DNA of 24,000 nucleotides, taken from NCBI GenBank assembly GCA_964482765.1, contig CAYZYZ010000006.1, positions 1 to 24,000 on the forward strand. The letters are read 5' to 3'. A model generated the notes under the pieces. It saw only the letters and a list, made by a program, of their open reading frames with translations. It was not told where the DNA came from and did no database searches. Made by a program: the position numbers and the translations under genes. Shown here one piece after another: positions 21,952 to 24,000 of this stretch (within the stretch, counting starts at the first letter, position 1; each line of letters begins with the position of its first letter). Source of the stretch: an uncultured Candidatus Saccharibacteria bacterium (GTDB lineage: Bacteria > Patescibacteriota > CPR2_A > CG2-30-33-46 > CAYZYZ01).

Positions 21952-23655
21952 CTAAAATTTTCTATAAGATCCTCCGTTGTTATATACGCCAATATAAAAC
22001 CATCCTCCCCAAATGATCATCTCTTTTCCTGTCCATATGGCAGTATGCTGACGCCTTGCAGCGGGGACGTTAGTAGCTGATGTTGGAATCCAAGTATCGT
22101 TACATGGGTTGTAGCGGGAACCATCGTTTACATAATCAGTGCCACTCGCGCTAGCATTTCCTCCCCAGATGATCATCTCTGTACCGGTCCAGACAGCAGT
22201 ATGAAGCTCTTTGCCAGGTGGAGCGCCGGTGGTGGTTGTTGGGGTCCAGGTATTTGTGGCGGGGTTGTAGCGGGCACCGGTATTGAGCGCTGCCCAAGTC
22301 TGTCTAGATCCACTGCAAGGAGGAAGACAACCCCATCCTCCCCAGATAATCATTTCTGTTCCTGTCCAAACAGCGGTGAAATCTTCTCTACCAGAGGGAG
22401 CATTAGTGATTGTTGTTGATGTCCAGGTATTAGTAGTTGGGTTGTAGCGACCACCGGTATTTAAATAACCACTGCCTCCCCAGATGATCATTTGATTAGC
22501 TGTTGCGGGATTACCGGTTTCCCCGGTCCAAACAGCAGTATGTCCGTCTCTAGCAGAAGGAGCATTGGTAAAGGATGTTGAAGTCCAGGTATTTGTGGCA
22601 GGATTGTAGCGGGCACCTGAATTAGTTTGACCACCTGCATTATATCCTCCCCAGATAATCATTTCTGTTCCTGTCCAAACAGCAGTATGATAGGTTCTAG
22701 CAGAAGGAGCATTGGTGGTGGATGTTGGGGTCCAGGTATTTGTGGCAGGGTTGTAGCGGGCACCGTCATTATAATAATCCCCGCCATACGCGCCACCATT
22801 TCCTCCCCAGATGATCATTTGATTAGCTGTTGCAGGATTACCGGTTTCCCCGGTCCAAACAGCAGTATGTCCACCTCTATAAGAAGGGGAGTAGTAGGCG
22901 GGTAATATCCGGACCCAGGTATCAGTAGTTGGATTGTAGCGGGCACCGTCATTATAGTCACCATTTAATACGCTTCCTCCCCAGATAATCATTTCTGTAC
23001 CGGTCCATATGGCAGTGTGTCTATATCTACCACCCGGATCTCTGACGCCTGTTGTTAAATTTGGTTTGTCTGTTGCCCAATTCCAAATTTTCTCTTCGTA
23101 ATAATTCCTTTTGGATACTATACTACTTAAGGTGATTTTGGGTTTGGTGCCTGTTCTGTCTGAGGCTTCTTTGGCTTCGGCTTCAATAGTTAGTTTAAAG
23201 AAAGGTTGAATATTATTAGAGCAATCCGAAAAAACATTGTCATCCACATTGAAGGTAAGAATGTTAGTAGAGTCGGTGGTTAAGTTTTGGCTGGTTCCTC
23301 CTGGGGGGCTGGTCATTATGATTTTCCCGCTCGAAAGCTTAAATTCAATCTGTATATTGTCTTTGCTTGTGGTTGTAATGATGTTATTTGTTTTATCTAC
23401 ATTAGTAGTTTTTGCCAATCTTGCTTCTCTGGAAATAGTCTCTAGAGCATACCTTGCATCTTGCTGAATCTTTCTGATGTTGTTGGTTTTTTTGGCTACA
23501 TTGTAGATAGTAATAAAAAGCTCACTGGTAGCTGTCAGAACTAGGGCAAAAACAGCAATAACCATAATCATTTCCAACAAAGTAAAACCACAGTTCGCAG
23601 AACTGGCGCGAAAAGGAACGCGGAACCGACGCCTAAATTTCTCTCGCTGTATCAT
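21952..23655 (-). CDS. Prepilin-type (PilW/GspJ-like) minor pilin fused to a seven-blade Kelch-like beta-propeller
   Basis: Leader MIQREKFRRRFRVPFRASSANCG|FTLLEMIMVIAVFALVL, then QQDARYALETISREARLA (PilW/GspJ-like). Seven repeats follow of the form RYNPxTNTWT...HTAVWTGxEMIIWGG. AAGGAG lies 6 nt upstream of the ATG. Confidence 0.85.
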   Translation of the reverse strand: MIQREKFRRRFRVPFRASSANCGFTLLEMIMVIAVFALVLTATSELFITIYNVAKKTNNIRKIQQDARYALETISREARLAKTTNVDKTNNIITTTSKDNIQIEFKLSSGKIIMTSPPGGTSQNLTTDSTNILTFNVDDNVFSDCSNNIQPFFKLTIEAEAKEASDRTGTKPKITLSSIVSKRNYYEEKIWNWATDKPNLTTGVRDPGGRYRHTAIWTGTEMIIWGGSVLNGDYNDGARYNPTTDTWVRILPAYYSPSYRGGHTAVWTGETGNPATANQMIIWGGNGGAYGGDYYNDGARYNPATNTWTPTSTTNAPSARTYHTAVWTGTEMIIWGGYNAGGQTNSGARYNPATNTWTSTSFTNAPSARDGHTAVWTGETGNPATANQMIIWGGSGYLNTGGRYNPTTNTWTSTTITNAPSGREDFTAVWTGTEMIIWGGWGCLPPCSGSRQTWAALNTGARYNPATNTWTPTTTTGAPPGKELHTAVWTGTEMIIWGGNASASGTDYVNDGSRYNPCNDTWIPTSATNVPAARRQHTAIWTGKEMIIWGGWFYIGVYNNGGSYRKF

Positions 23656-23803
23656 AAACTCTCCTTATTATCTGGACTAAAGCTTGCTGATAAATATTTT
23701 CTTTATGCTTATTTCTAAACTGCTTGTAAATTTCAAATGCTCCGCCCCTGATGGTATATGATTCTTGTTTGTATAAAAAATTGCCTTGTTTGTTTTGCTT
23801 CAT
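23633..23803 (-). pseudogene. N-terminal fragment of a GxxExxY-family protein (56 codons)
   Basis: My translation: MKQNKQGNFLYKQESYTIRGGAFEIYKQFRNKHKENIYQQALVQ..., which resembles the N-terminus of that family. The frame then runs into the start of the pilin-Kelch gene and stops. Confidence 0.3.
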
Positions 23804-23902
23804 ATTATTGGATAGTTTTGCGTTTTGGTTGTGCGTTAGTTTAGCGATTCATAAAGTTCTGCGTCAGTTTTGTGTTAATCATTCTGCGTCCTGTTTAGCG
23901 AA

Positions 23903-24000
23903 TTACTTTCCCCAGTTTGTTAAAATAGTTGAGGTTTCCACTTTGTTTGTAGACCCTTTTTCTACCCATGTTACTTTTACTGTAACTTTTCTTTTATCAG
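23903..24000 (-). CDS. 3' end of a further pilin/pseudopilin-like gene (5' part outside the window)
   Basis: The frame from 23998 reads DKRKVTVKVTWVEKGSTNKVETSTILTNWGK then stop. This beta-strand pattern is typical of minor-pilin C-termini. Weak evidence, based on only 31 aa. Confidence 0.35.
   Translation of the reverse strand, partial: DKRKVTVKVTWVEKGSTNKVETSTILTNWGK

Noticed and set aside
20395-23655. Kelch and RCC1 repeats as eukaryotic contamination or chimeric assembly.
   Set aside because: The genes share the local AT-rich composition. They have bacterial SDs, overlap neighbouring pilin-like genes, and one is covalently fused to a bacterial prepilin signal.

Overview
Visibly AT-rich, tightly packed window. 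Every convincing gene but one lies on the minus strand. The gene content and style look like a small-genome uncultivated bacterium, possibly CPR/Patescibacteria-like; this is inference, no search was run.

Minus-strand gene order, from high to low coordinates:
1. A type IV pilus minor-pilin-like operon (23998 to 20233). It holds a partial pilin-like gene, a PilW/GspJ-like prepilin fused to a 7-blade Kelch propeller, a PilX-like protein, a leaderless 7-blade RCC1 propeller in the slot PilY1 occupies in classical operons, and a 50-aa prepilin stub. A 46-bp perfect palindrome closes it.
2. secE-nusG-rplK-rplA. L1 carries a ~100-aa Lys/Ala/Asp repeat N-terminal extension. A degenerate dUTPase-fold ORF sits where rplJ-rplL normally follow.
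3. A lone plus-strand 62-aa ORF.
4. A dTMP module: a Dcd-family protein that by eye lacks the deaminase Glu, plus a long ThyX-like protein.
5. rpsB-tsf-pyrH-frr-ispG-orf-ispH-uppS-polyprenyl synthase-rseP-proS.
6. mreB-mreC-mreD-PBP2, with PBP2 cut at the window edge.

The non-coding structure is unusually rich:
- Many short intergenic spacers are period-7 (one period-10) tandem arrays. A CTGTT heptad recurs in three spacers.
- A GC-rich palindrome family with core CCGACCCGGGTCGG occurs both between genes and in frame inside genes (S2 tail, PilX-like signal region, possibly ispH).
- A second modular inverted-repeat element built from CCCCGTTAGAT units sits at two gene 3' ends and overlaps their stop codons.

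I saw no rRNA, tRNA, CRISPR array, transposase or integrase. The best candidate for a novel system is the propeller-bearing minor-pilin operon at 20233-24000.
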